Shown piece after piece: positions 54,977-63,680 of a stretch of DNA of 64,000 nt; positions within the stretch are counted from its first letter, which is position 1; each line of letters begins with the position of its first letter. The notes under the pieces are model-generated. The model was given only the letters and a program-made list of their open reading frames with translations, did no database searches and was not told where the DNA came from. The stretch lies in the sequence record NZ_CP123987.1; one strand, given 5' to 3'. Made by a program: the position numbers and the translations under genes. This DNA comes from a plasmid.

Positions 54977-56175
54977 TTAAATGCTCATAACCATAAGGAA
55001 AGTAAACCAACCATCTTTAATTTGATAATTAATAAAAATATCATTATAAGATTGACTTAATTCTTCTATATTAGCTAATCCTAATCCGTCATGATTCTTC
55101 TTAGTTGTAAAACCTGATTTTTTTATATCTTGAATTGTTAGATCGGTATCTCGATAACGATTTCTAATCTCAATTTCAAGTTCACCATTTTCTTGATAAA
55201 TCATAGTATCTATCTTAGCTTCATCACCAAACTCAAGACTTTCTTCAATTGCATTATCGTACACAATTCCTAATATTCTAACAATGTCAAACGAGTTATA
55301 CTTATTCGACAAGTTTTCTATCACAATTCGACATTCAAAAGAATATTGAATATTGTTTTGAAAGATTCTATTCAACTTACTGATAAATAGACTCTTTAAT
55401 AATTCATCTTTAACATTGTCAACATCATTAAACTGCCATAATACTTTATCTTCTAAAGTCTTACTTGAATATTCAGCTAGTTTATCTATTAACTCTTTAT
55501 CATGACTTTTTTTACACTGAGTTTCAAGCTTAATAGCATATTTTGATAATCGTGCTTAAATTTACGTAAACCTCGCTGGCTACTTTCTAACTGTTGTGTA
55601 TAAATTTTTAGATCATTAATTTGTTGTAAACTTAATTTATCCTGCCGTATTTTCTTATTAATGGAATATACAAATAATGAAAAGAACAATTGGCTAACAA
55701 CAACTACCGTAGCTATAATATACGATACTGCATCTATATTAAATACATATGTTGTTAGATAGTAAATAACCATTGAACTAATCCATATGTATAAAATTAA
55801 ATAAAAATACAATAATCCATACTCATCATCTAGTTTCTCTATTATAGTCGTCTTTGTTAAAATTATATATTCAAAAATGTTTAATGACACATCTAATATT
55901 ATCACACTGACCATTGTGTAATAATTTGTAAATAATGTAAAAAATAATGCTGAAGCACCGAATGTTATATAGGAAAATAAATCTAGCATTAACAACCTTC
56001 CACATAATCTGTAATCCAAAGTTAGTTGTCTGTATACAATATAAAAAATAAAAATTTCAATAAATGGTGCAAAAAAACCAATAATATCTCCAACACCATT
56101 AATTAAAAGAATTACAGGAAAAGTAAGAAGTATAAATAATAAATTATACTTCTTACTTTTCCTAGTAGGGGTCAA
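54977..56175 (-). pseudogene. AgrC/HPK10-type bacteriocin quorum-sensing histidine kinase, frameshifted in an A7 homopolymer (forward T7 at 55507-55513)
   Basis: The N-terminal ORF has polytopic membrane helices and the H-box 'FKHDYQNMLLSL'. The C-terminal ORF has the ATPase domain. Adding one A restores a continuous frame: '...LSVKKSHDKELIDKLAEYSSKTLEDKVLWQFNDVDNVKDELLKSLFISKLNRIFQNN...'. Confidence 0.8.
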
Positions 56176-56263
56176 AAGATAAAAAAACTATATCTACAAA
56201 AAGTATTTATAAATAAAATTAGTGTAGCTACTATATAACCAGATGTTGAATTTAAATTAACCA

Positions 56264-56380
56264 TTATTTACAAACACCAAAAAATGTGAATATACATTGC
56301 CATCTTTTAAAGCCACCCTTTTTGGTTGCTCCCCCAGCTATTTTCTGTAACTTCTTTTCTGTTAACACTTCAAACTTCAT
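56264..56380 (-). CDS. GG-leader induction-peptide precursor (38 aa): MKFEVLTEKKLQKIAGG-ATKKGGFKRWQCIFTFFGVCK
   Basis: Hand-translated; absent from the ORF track. GGAGAG RBS 8 nt upstream. Double-glycine leader followed by a cationic two-Cys mature peptide. Lies directly upstream of the kinase. Confidence 0.65.
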   Translation of the reverse strand: MKFEVLTEKKLQKIAGGATKKGGFKRWQCIFTFFGVCK

Positions 56381-56499
56381 AAAAAATCTCTCCTTTGTTA
56401 TCTTTATTACAAATATAGTTTAACATTTTTTAATCTACTTTATTCGTTTTTTATCATATTCGGTTCATTTTAATGCTTATTTGGATGAAATTCTTAAAA

Positions 56500-56688
56500 C
56501 TATAGCCACCACATAAAATTTAACACCCACGCTCTCACATAACTTATTTTCTTATTCTTTTCTATGACTTTCTCATCAAATAACTTATGATGCCCCTCTT
56601 CTTTTAGACTAGTATAAATACTGATAAAAATACTATATGCAACTATTACAGTAATCCCAAATATCATATACTCACTTCCTAATCCCAA
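56500..56688 (-). CDS. small membrane protein (62 aa), possible immunity or accessory protein
   Basis: N-terminal TM segment; located between the beta peptide and the induction peptide. Confidence 0.3.
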   Translation of the reverse strand: MGLGSEYMIFGITVIVAYSIFISIYTSLKEEGHHKLFDEKVIEKNKKISYVRAWVLNFMWWL

Positions 56689-56811
56689 AATATATTATGT
56701 TCTATTAAAAATAAAAGTAGTGTCAAATTTAGCTATATACTATAACTTACACTTGACACTACTTGAAGAAAAATAGATTTATTTCTTATTTTCTAATTCA
56801 TTAGACTTATT

Positions 56812-57018
56812 CTAACGGCAACTTGTAAAGCCACCAGAAATTCCACCCGCTACGGCTGACCAGGGTCCACCGATAGCTCCAATTAAAGCTCCACCTACGA
56901 TGCCAGCTCCACAGTGAACCCAGCGATTTCCACTACCACCATAACCATTTTTACCACCATTTACTGATGCTAAGTTATCTTCAGTCATAATTGTGAATCT
57001 TTTATCTAGATTTTTCAT
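56812..57018 (-). CDS. class IIb bacteriocin beta prepeptide (ABP-118beta / LafX-like): leader MKNLDKRFTIMTEDNLASVNGG, mature KNGYGGSGNRWVHCGAGIVGGALIGAIGGPWSAVAGGISGGFTSCR
   Basis: GG leader; GxxxG-rich two-Cys mature peptide; 'NRW' and 'GPW' motifs shared with lactacin F LafX. Confidence 0.9.
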   Translation of the reverse strand: MKNLDKRFTIMTEDNLASVNGGKNGYGGSGNRWVHCGAGIVGGALIGAIGGPWSAVAGGISGGFTSCR

Positions 57019-57035
57019 TTTAAATTACTCCTATA

Positions 57036-57239
57036 TTATAAACAAGTAAGTGCTCCGCCTACCATTCCTAAGTTTGCTCCACCTACAATACCAGCTGGTC
57101 CAAGTGGAACTCCTGCAGCTGCTCCAGCAAATAGACCACCTAAAAAGTTACCTACACAGTTAGGACCACGTTTCCCACCATCAACCTTTGCTAACTCACA
57201 TTCTGTCAATACTGTAAATTCCTTCATCATGATAATCAT
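57036..57239 (-). CDS. class IIb bacteriocin alpha prepeptide (ABP-118alpha-like): leader MKEFTVLTECELAKVDGG, mature KRGPNCVGNFLGGLFAGAAAGVPLGPAGIVGGANLGMVGGALTCL
   Basis: GG leader; GxxxG-rich two-Cys mature peptide. True start is probably the MKEF Met at about 57227. Confidence 0.9.
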   Translation of the reverse strand: MIIMMKEFTVLTECELAKVDGGKRGPNCVGNFLGGLFAGAAAGVPLGPAGIVGGANLGMVGGALTCL

Positions 57240-57505
57240 CCTTTCATATGTTTATTTACTTTCATCGCAGTATCTAATAAGTAAAGTAGTGTACTACCAC
57301 CTACTAGACAAAAAATAGTGACTATTATCATTTTAGGCGTTTGAATATAATCTAAATAAGACATTTCCTCATTACCAAACAGCCATATTCCTAGTGGAAT
57401 CAATAGTGCCCAAATAACTGGAGCAATAACATATCTCTTCTTTCCTCTAATGAATCCACCATCCAACCAAGTCTCCCATAGTTTTTTTAGCATGTAAGAA
57501 CACAC
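57236..57505 (-). CDS. small polytopic membrane protein (89 aa), putative bacteriocin immunity protein
   Basis: Three TM segments; overlaps the alpha-peptide start (ATGA). Confidence 0.55.
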   Translation of the reverse strand: MCSYMLKKLWETWLDGGFIRGKKRYVIAPVIWALLIPLGIWLFGNEEMSYLDYIQTPKMIIVTIFCLVGGSTLLYLLDTAMKVNKHMKG

Positions 57506-57622
57506 CCTTTCTAAAACACTTGTGAAACATATACTTACACTTTTATTGTATTATCATTCCGTATTCAAATATCGATTTAGCGTAAAATACGTTATTCTAT
57601 ACCTAGTTGGTTACATTTCTTT

Positions 57623-57796
57623 TTAACTACAAATATTTTGATTTGAGTGTCTTAATCTTTTAAAAAATTTAGTATTAGCAATTGTACAGCCTATATCGTA
57701 ACCAAACTGTCCGCTATCTATATAATCATAAGAATTTCTTCCACCAATTATATGTGCCAATTCTTTCTTATCAACTTGTACAAAATTATTATTCAT
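57623..57796 (-). CDS. second GG-leader bacteriocin-like prepeptide (57 aa): MNNNFVQVDKKELAHIIGG-RNSYDYIDSGQFGYDIGCTIANTKFFKRLRHSNQNICS
   Basis: Hand-translated; absent from the ORF track. GAGGTG RBS 7 nt upstream. Double-glycine leader; cationic two-Cys mature peptide. Confidence 0.55.
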   Translation of the reverse strand: MNNNFVQVDKKELAHIIGGRNSYDYIDSGQFGYDIGCTIANTKFFKRLRHSNQNICS

Positions 57797-58028
57797 AACT
57801 TCAACACCTCATAATTTTAAAAATTTATTATAGCTATAATTTACACTTATAATTATTCACTTCATCTGCTCTTTTTGACTATTTCTTCTAATTTTGCTAA
57901 ATTTTATTCTTATTCTCTTTTTTCAACCAGATAGGCACCGCTTACTACCAAATTGGAAAAATCCCCTCAATTCATCACTTTCTATGTGATAATAAAAATA
58001 CTTTTATAATGAATTGAGGTAAAAAATT

Positions 58029-58292
58029 ATGAATAGTTTTTCTAATAATATTAATTTCAGCAAAATTTCTGTTTCACTAATTACTTTATTCCTGTTGATC
58101 TGGACATTAGTTGATGGAAATCTAATTCATCTTGGTATATTGGCTTTTTCTTCTTTGGTTACAACCATGCTACATTTTCACTATTTTGAATCTACTGATG
58201 ACAAACATCCATTAAATAGAATTGATTTTGGATTACAATTACTATTTATCTTTATTTCTATTATTAAGTTTTTCTTGATTTCAGGAAGATAA
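58029..58292 (+). CDS. small membrane protein (87 aa), immunity-like
   Basis: Three hydrophobic segments; adjacent to the extra prepeptide. Confidence 0.3.
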   Translation: MNSFSNNINFSKISVSLITLFLLIWTLVDGNLIHLGILAFSSLVTTMLHFHYFESTDDKHPLNRIDFGLQLLFIFISIIKFFLISGR

Positions 58293-58330
58293 CAATAAGC
58301 CTATCAGGTATCAAATTACACCTGATAGGC

Positions 58331-58669
58331 TTATTTATTAACAATTTTGTACTTCTTTTTAAATTTTCTTTCTGGTATAATTTTACGATTAGTGAAATCC
58401 AAGTAATCGCCTATATACCCACTTGCATAAGTTGCCCACCAACCTGAAGGCTCATTAAATAAAGTCTTAAAATTCGTCCAAGCACTAATTTTAACAGGTG
58501 CCTTAACTCCATTCATAATAAATAACAATTTATCACCTGATCACTTTAGATAGTTAGCTTTAAATGCTTCTTTTATCCATTCAGGTTGTTCTGCTGTTTT
58601 ACTTATCTGCCATATTTGTACTTCTTTACCTTTATAGATTGCTTTCATAGAAATCACCTTCTACATATA
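58331..58669 (-). pseudogene. paralogue of the 60767..61120 protein with TGA where Trp is expected
   Basis: Upstream of the 65-aa ORF, the same frame reads 'MKAIYKGKEVQIWQISKTAEQPEWIKEAFKANYLK*SGDKLLFIMNG...', colinear with 'MKAIYRGRKVDVWQVSRDNVQPDWVKDAFEHNGLRWLHGSGNKVRIYW...'. Confidence 0.5.
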
Positions 58670-58869
58670 ATTAAAGAGCTCTATTAATTACATTTTCATT
58701 ATACTATTTTCATAATACATCCAATGCTAAATTTCTTAACTAGCACTATTTCTTACTTATTTGGTAAATAGTCCAAATAAGTAGTTATTGCTACCATTCC
58801 AGCAGTTTATCACACTATGTAGACATTATTTGCAATAATTACATATATACGATTAGGGGGATTGAAAAA

Positions 58870-59841
58870 ATGAGATACATTAAATTTACTTTACTAATAT
58901 ATTCTTTTTTACTAACTTGGGGAATCACCACGAATAGTATATCAGCGGATGAAGTTACACCTACTACAACATCTGAAACAACAGTTACGCCTCAAAGTCA
59001 AAGTACACCTGTTGATTCTAATGATGAGGATGCTGCAATTGAAGAAAAATTTTACTCTCATGATGTTACAATCGATAAATATAATCAAAATGTGGCAAAC
59101 TTCAATAAAGTTAATACTGATACTGTTAAAACCATGGTTACTGAAAATAGCAACAATCTAGACCAAGTTCTTTACATTGGACGTCCTACTTGTTATTTTT
59201 GTCGGCAAGCTTCTCCACATCTACGTGATTTTAACCAACTAATAAATAATCAGCTTTACTACTATGATATTGATGCTGAACCTAATGCTCATGATTTTGC
59301 ATTTAAAGAAATTGGAATTTCTGGAACCCCAACAACTATGCGTTTAAAGAATGGTAAAGTTGTCAGTGCTTGGATTGGTGGCGAAAAAACAGGACAAGAA
59401 TTTTATGACTTTTTATTTTCTGCAGATGCTAACAAGTTAGCAGATTCCTATATCATAAAGAAAACTGTAAGCACGGATACTTCAAATCCTGTTATTACAA
59501 ATAATCAAAATGTTGAACCAACTGTTAAGCCTATATCAACAAATATAAATCAGCTTAAAGAGGAAAAAACTACTCCTGAATTGGTTAATACTACTTCACA
59601 ATCATCTAAACCTGTTAAAAAAATTCATAATCAAACTACTAATAAGAAAAACAAAAATTCTGTTCTACCACAATTAGGGGTTGTCCCTCTTTATCATCAT
59701 CCATTATTTAAACTTCCTATTCCTCGAATTATCCCTAAGCAATTAGAACGTACTATAATGTTAATTACTTTTCTAGTTCTGTATTTGGGGTTCTTAATAT
59801 ATTTATGGTTGAGCTGGAAAGACATAAATAAAAGGAAGTAG
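58870..59841 (+). CDS. secreted or membrane-anchored thioredoxin-like protein with a CxxC motif
   Basis: Signal peptide; 'GRPTCYFCRQ' CxxC in a thioredoxin-fold-like segment. Ser/Thr/Asn/Pro-rich linker, then 'LPQLG' (degenerate LPQTG-like), a C-terminal TM and 'KRK'. Confidence 0.55.
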   Translation: MRYIKFTLLIYSFLLTWGITTNSISADEVTPTTTSETTVTPQSQSTPVDSNDEDAAIEEKFYSHDVTIDKYNQNVANFNKVNTDTVKTMVTENSNNLDQVLYIGRPTCYFCRQASPHLRDFNQLINNQLYYYDIDAEPNAHDFAFKEIGISGTPTTMRLKNGKVVSAWIGGEKTGQEFYDFLFSADANKLADSYIIKKTVSTDTSNPVITNNQNVEPTVKPISTNINQLKEEKTTPELVNTTSQSSKPVKKIHNQTTNKKNKNSVLPQLGVVPLYHHPLFKLPIPRIIPKQLERTIMLITFLVLYLGFLIYLWLSWKDINKRK

Positions 59842-59861
59842 ATAAAGACGTAAAATATGCG

Positions 59862-59957
59862 ATATAGCAATAGGACCAATTAGAAAATTTATGCAAATAA
59901 TCGATTTTTGTAGATTCAAAACTACATTTTTGCATAAATTAGTAAATTGGTCCTATC
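59862..59957. repeat. palindromic intergenic element, copy B (complete): 'taggaccaatt agaaaatttatgcaaa...tttttgcataaatt agtaaattggtcct'
   Basis: Nested inverted repeats with outer 'aggaccaatt/aattggtcct' and inner 'atttatgcaaa/tttgcataaat'; related to copy A at 18851-18935. Confidence 0.6.
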
Positions 59958-60005
59958 TTTATATTCAACTTTTTTTATTATGTTACTTTTATTATGCGGT
60001 AACTG

Positions 60006-60656
60006 TTATTTTGTTTTTAAATAATCAATAACATCGTTTAATGTTTTACAAACAGCAATAGTTTTCTCTAAATATTCTTTTGCTGGTCTTTTCATATCAG
60101 GTATACAAATAACTGGAATATGTGCATTGTAGGCAGCCATAATACCATTTTCACTATCTTCTAAAACTATTGCTTCATTAGTTGATACATTTGTTTTTTC
60201 ACAAGCTTTTAAGAAAACTTCTGGATTAGGCTTACTTAGTGTTACATCTTCACTAAATACAAATTCGTCAAAGTAGCTGAGAATATCGTACCCTTTTAAA
60301 ATAGAAATCGCTCTATCTTTGGTACTTGATGTTGCCAAAGCTACTTTATAATTATTCTCTTTTAGGTACATAAGTAGAGATTTTACCCCTACTTTTAATT
60401 CCACACCTTGTGAAATAAGTTTGCGTTCAATATTCAAAACTTCATCTAAACATTCCTGATAAGATACCGATAAGTTATATGTATCTATAAAACGTTTAAT
60501 ATTTTCTTTTTCTGTTTTCCCACTATAATGTTTTGCATATTCTTCTTTAGTAAAACTATATCCATATTCAGATAATAATTCCTGATATATTTTTAAAGAT
60601 ACGATTTCTGTATCCACTAGCAATCCATCAAGATCAAATATAGCCGCTTTAATCAC
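60006..60656 (-). CDS. HAD-IA family hydrolase (beta-phosphoglucomutase-like)
   Basis: 'AAIFDLDGLLVDTE' motif I; 216 aa. Confidence 0.8.
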   Translation of the reverse strand: MIKAAIFDLDGLLVDTEIVSLKIYQELLSEYGYSFTKEEYAKHYSGKTEKENIKRFIDTYNLSVSYQECLDEVLNIERKLISQGVELKVGVKSLLMYLKENNYKVALATSSTKDRAISILKGYDILSYFDEFVFSEDVTLSKPNPEVFLKACEKTNVSTNEAIVLEDSENGIMAAYNAHIPVICIPDMKRPAKEYLEKTIAVCKTLNDVIDYLKTK

Positions 60657-60766
60657 AATAAATCAACCACCTTTCATAATACATATTTATTATATCATAT
60701 AATTATTCAATCTTATTTTGACGTAAAAGTTGATTATCTTGTCATAGACAATTTAATACCTTTACC

Positions 60767-61120
60767 TCAATCTTCAGACACTATCCGATATTTCTTGGCG
60801 AACTTTTCGGCTGTAACGACCTTAGAATTGGTAAAATCGATAACATCTCCCTCAAAGCCAATGTCATACATCGACACGCTGCCACCAGCTATACCAACAA
60901 AAGAAGCTGAAATATCATTCAAAATAGTTCGTACTATTCCCTTTTTTGCCCTAGTAACTGCTGGCCAATAAATTCTGACTTTATTACCACTGCCATGTAG
61001 CCATCGCAACCCATTATGCTCAAAAGCATCTTTAACCCAATCAGGTTGGACATTATCTCTACTCACTTGCCAAACATCTACTTTTCTACCTCTATAGATT
61101 GCTTTCATTTGCTTTATCAC
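60767..61120 (-). CDS. hypothetical protein (117 aa); intact paralogue of 58331..58669
   Basis: ORF track; paralogy recognised by eye. Confidence 0.45.
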   Translation of the reverse strand: MIKQMKAIYRGRKVDVWQVSRDNVQPDWVKDAFEHNGLRWLHGSGNKVRIYWPAVTRAKKGIVRTILNDISASFVGIAGGSVSMYDIGFEGDVIDFTNSKVVTAEKFAKKYRIVSED

Positions 61121-61128
61121 CTTTCTTA

Positions 61129-61398
61129 TTACTTTTTCCTATCCTTAATAGCCATAACTAATCTATATATCACTAATACTACATATACCAACAGTGCTAT
61201 TAATACTATTATATATAGTATTTTATTCTCATAACCTTCATCAAATATTGTAGTTACTATTAGAAATGTTCCTAATGTTGCTTGCTTTCTAGCTCGTTTA
61301 TCTAATTCACCATATTTTTTCTTATAATTAACTTCCAAAATTGCTGATGTTATAAAAAATATCCAAATAATTGCCTTAATAACTAAATAATCCATCAT
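61129..61398 (-). CDS. small membrane protein (89 aa)
   Basis: Two or three TM segments; lies 8 nt upstream of the 117-aa ORF. Confidence 0.3.
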   Translation of the reverse strand: MMDYLVIKAIIWIFFITSAILEVNYKKKYGELDKRARKQATLGTFLIVTTIFDEGYENKILYIIVLIALLVYVVLVIYRLVMAIKDRKK

Positions 61399-61582
61399 TC
61401 CACCACCTATTCTCTATTTTTGCCATTATTATACTATTTTAATTAAATTTAATTCTATATTTTCTTAATTAATACTATTTTCTGCTTATTTGGTTAACAA
61501 CATATCCATGTATATTATTTCAATAATTTATCTTTTCAAAAAAATAGCGACAAAAACATCGCTGTCTTGCCACTATTCCCAA

Positions 61583-62761
61583 CTATTTAAATAAATTAAG
61601 TTTTGCGATTCTATCAACTGCCTCTTCTAAACGTTCTGGTTCAATTAACAAACCAATTCGTACATAACCTTCTCCATATTCGCCAAAACCATTCCCAGGA
61701 GCTACTGCTACTCCAGCTTCATTTAAAAGCAGATCTGCAAATTCTTCACTACTATATCCCTTTGGTACTTCCATCCAAGCGTAGAACGTTCCCTTAGGTA
61801 CAAAAGCTTTCCATCCGATTTTTTCAGCAGCTTGGATGAACGCATTTCTTCTAGTTTCGTAACGATCTACAATCTTACTGATTTCAGCATCGCGTTCTGG
61901 GGCTTTCAAAGCATCAATTCCTGCATATTGTAGAGCTGGAAAGATACTTACAAATAAATGATCTTGGATAAGATTTAAAGCATCAATGATATCAGCATTT
62001 CCTACCGCAAAAGCAACTCGCCAGCCTGCCATGTTAAAAGTCTTAGAGAAGGTATAAAATTCGATACCAACATCCTTAGCTCCTGGAATCTCCATAAAAC
62101 TTAATGGTCGCTCTCCATCAAAACCAATTGCACCATATGCAAAATCGCTGATGATACCTACTTCATATTTCTTTGCCCAAGCAACTAATTCTTCGTAAAA
62201 TTCTCGAGTTGCGGTCGCACCCGTTGGATTATTAGGGTAGTTAATATAGAAGAATTTAGCCTTTCTAGCAAGTTCTTCTGGAATAGATTTCAAATCTGGT
62301 AAGAAATTATTCTCTTTCAAAAGCGGAACTTTCTCAAAAGTGACCTGCCCAAGTGTAGCTCCAGACCAATAATCTGGATAACCAGGATCAGGTAATAAAA
62401 ATACATCACCAGGATTCATCAAAGCTAGTGGTAGTTCGACTAGGCCAGTTTTAGAGCCACCAAGAACTGCAACTTCTTTTTCTGGGTCGAATGTAGTTTG
62501 ATACTTTTCTTGATAGAAGTCTGCTACAGCTTGTTTAAATTCTGGCTGTCCACGAAACAATGAGTACTTGTGACTTTGCGGACTAGCTACCCATTTTTGT
62601 GTGCTCTTGACGATATATTCAGGAGTTTGTTTATCAGGATTACCTTGTCCTAGATTGATAACATCTACTCCTTCTGCAATTTTTTTGTTAACTTTGATTA
62701 CCAAATTAGCAAAGAATTGCTTTGGTAGATTCTTTAGAATTTCGGATTTCTCAAATTCCAT
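61583..62761 (-). CDS. class I/II PLP-dependent aminotransferase (possible MtnE-like)
   Basis: 392 aa; 'SKTFNMAGWR' PLP-lysine region; directly downstream of a C-N hydrolase gene. Confidence 0.8.
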   Translation of the reverse strand: MEFEKSEILKNLPKQFFANLVIKVNKKIAEGVDVINLGQGNPDKQTPEYIVKSTQKWVASPQSHKYSLFRGQPEFKQAVADFYQEKYQTTFDPEKEVAVLGGSKTGLVELPLALMNPGDVFLLPDPGYPDYWSGATLGQVTFEKVPLLKENNFLPDLKSIPEELARKAKFFYINYPNNPTGATATREFYEELVAWAKKYEVGIISDFAYGAIGFDGERPLSFMEIPGAKDVGIEFYTFSKTFNMAGWRVAFAVGNADIIDALNLIQDHLFVSIFPALQYAGIDALKAPERDAEISKIVDRYETRRNAFIQAAEKIGWKAFVPKGTFYAWMEVPKGYSSEEFADLLLNEAGVAVAPGNGFGEYGEGYVRIGLLIEPERLEEAVDRIAKLNLFK

Positions 62762-62778
62762 CGTCTTTCCTCGCTTTC

Positions 62779-63564
62779 TTAGTCGTATAATTCTGGTCTA
62801 CGATCTTCAAATACATGAATTTGTTGAGTGAATTTTTCCATTTCGGATGTATCTAAATCATAAACTGTCAATGTTTCTTGATCGCCACTATCACTTAAAA
62901 CTTCACCTAAAGGATTAATTATCAGTGAATGACCATTAAATTTATTGTCAGGATTATCGCCCACTCGATTAACTGCAACAACATAAGCTTGATTTTCAAT
63001 CGCTCTTGCAACTAACAAGGCTTTCCATTGTTCAATTCTAGTTTGAGGCCATTGAGCCACGACATAGATTACACTCAATTTTTTCTTGGCAACTGTCCGC
63101 AACCATTCTGGGAATCGGATGTCATAACAGATGAACGATGCACTCTTCACACCAGCTAATTCAAAAACATTTTTTTGATCACCAGCAGCTAAATACTTAT
63201 CTTCATCCATCAATCTAAACAAATGAACTTTACGATACTCACTAATAAGCTTACCTTGTTTATCAACTATATAAGTTGTATTGTAAAACTGTTCATGCTC
63301 TTTAATCGCAACTGATCCACCAACAATGTTAACCTTATAGTCTTGTGCTTTAGCTTGTAGAAATTCTTTAGTTCGCTTCCCTTCAACATCTGCGATTTCT
63401 TCTAACCTTGCTAGGTCATAACCTGTATTCCACAATTCTGGTAAGACAACTACATCCACCTTAGCTTGTGCTGCCTTGCTTAAATATTGATCAACCTTTT
63501 TGTAATTTTCTTCAGGTTTCCCGTGTTCAACAGGAATTTGTGCCAATGCAATCCTTAATGTCAT
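62779..63564 (-). CDS. carbon-nitrogen hydrolase family protein (omega-amidase / MtnU-like)
   Basis: 261 aa; Glu-Lys-Cys triad context ('LPELW', 'CYDIRFPE'). Confidence 0.8.
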   Translation of the reverse strand: MTLRIALAQIPVEHGKPEENYKKVDQYLSKAAQAKVDVVVLPELWNTGYDLARLEEIADVEGKRTKEFLQAKAQDYKVNIVGGSVAIKEHEQFYNTTYIVDKQGKLISEYRKVHLFRLMDEDKYLAAGDQKNVFELAGVKSASFICYDIRFPEWLRTVAKKKLSVIYVVAQWPQTRIEQWKALLVARAIENQAYVVAVNRVGDNPDNKFNGHSLIINPLGEVLSDSGDQETLTVYDLDTSEMEKFTQQIHVFEDRRPELYD

Positions 63565-63633
63565 GCAATCACCTCTTATTCAAGTAATTATGATAATTTA
63601 ATTATACTCTATCATTTTTAAACGAAAAATACG

Positions 63634-63678
63634 AATAAAAAATAAGGATCAAGACTTACATATCTTAATCCTTATTTT
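63634..63678 (-). terminator. hairpin plus T-run terminator
   Basis: 'aataaggat...atccttatt' with T6 on the minus strand. Confidence 0.5.
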
Positions 63679-63680
63679 CA

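Noticed and set aside
54977-55375. The 132-aa ORF 'MNRIFQ...' as a stand-alone ATPase protein
   Set aside because: Its apparent start is a TTG inside continuous kinase sequence. It is the C-terminal half of the frameshifted HPK10 kinase.
56500-56688. The 62-aa ORF as the induction peptide
   Set aside because: It has no double-glycine leader and is hydrophobic and TM-like. The real GG-leader induction peptide is the unannotated 38-aa ORF at 56264..56380.
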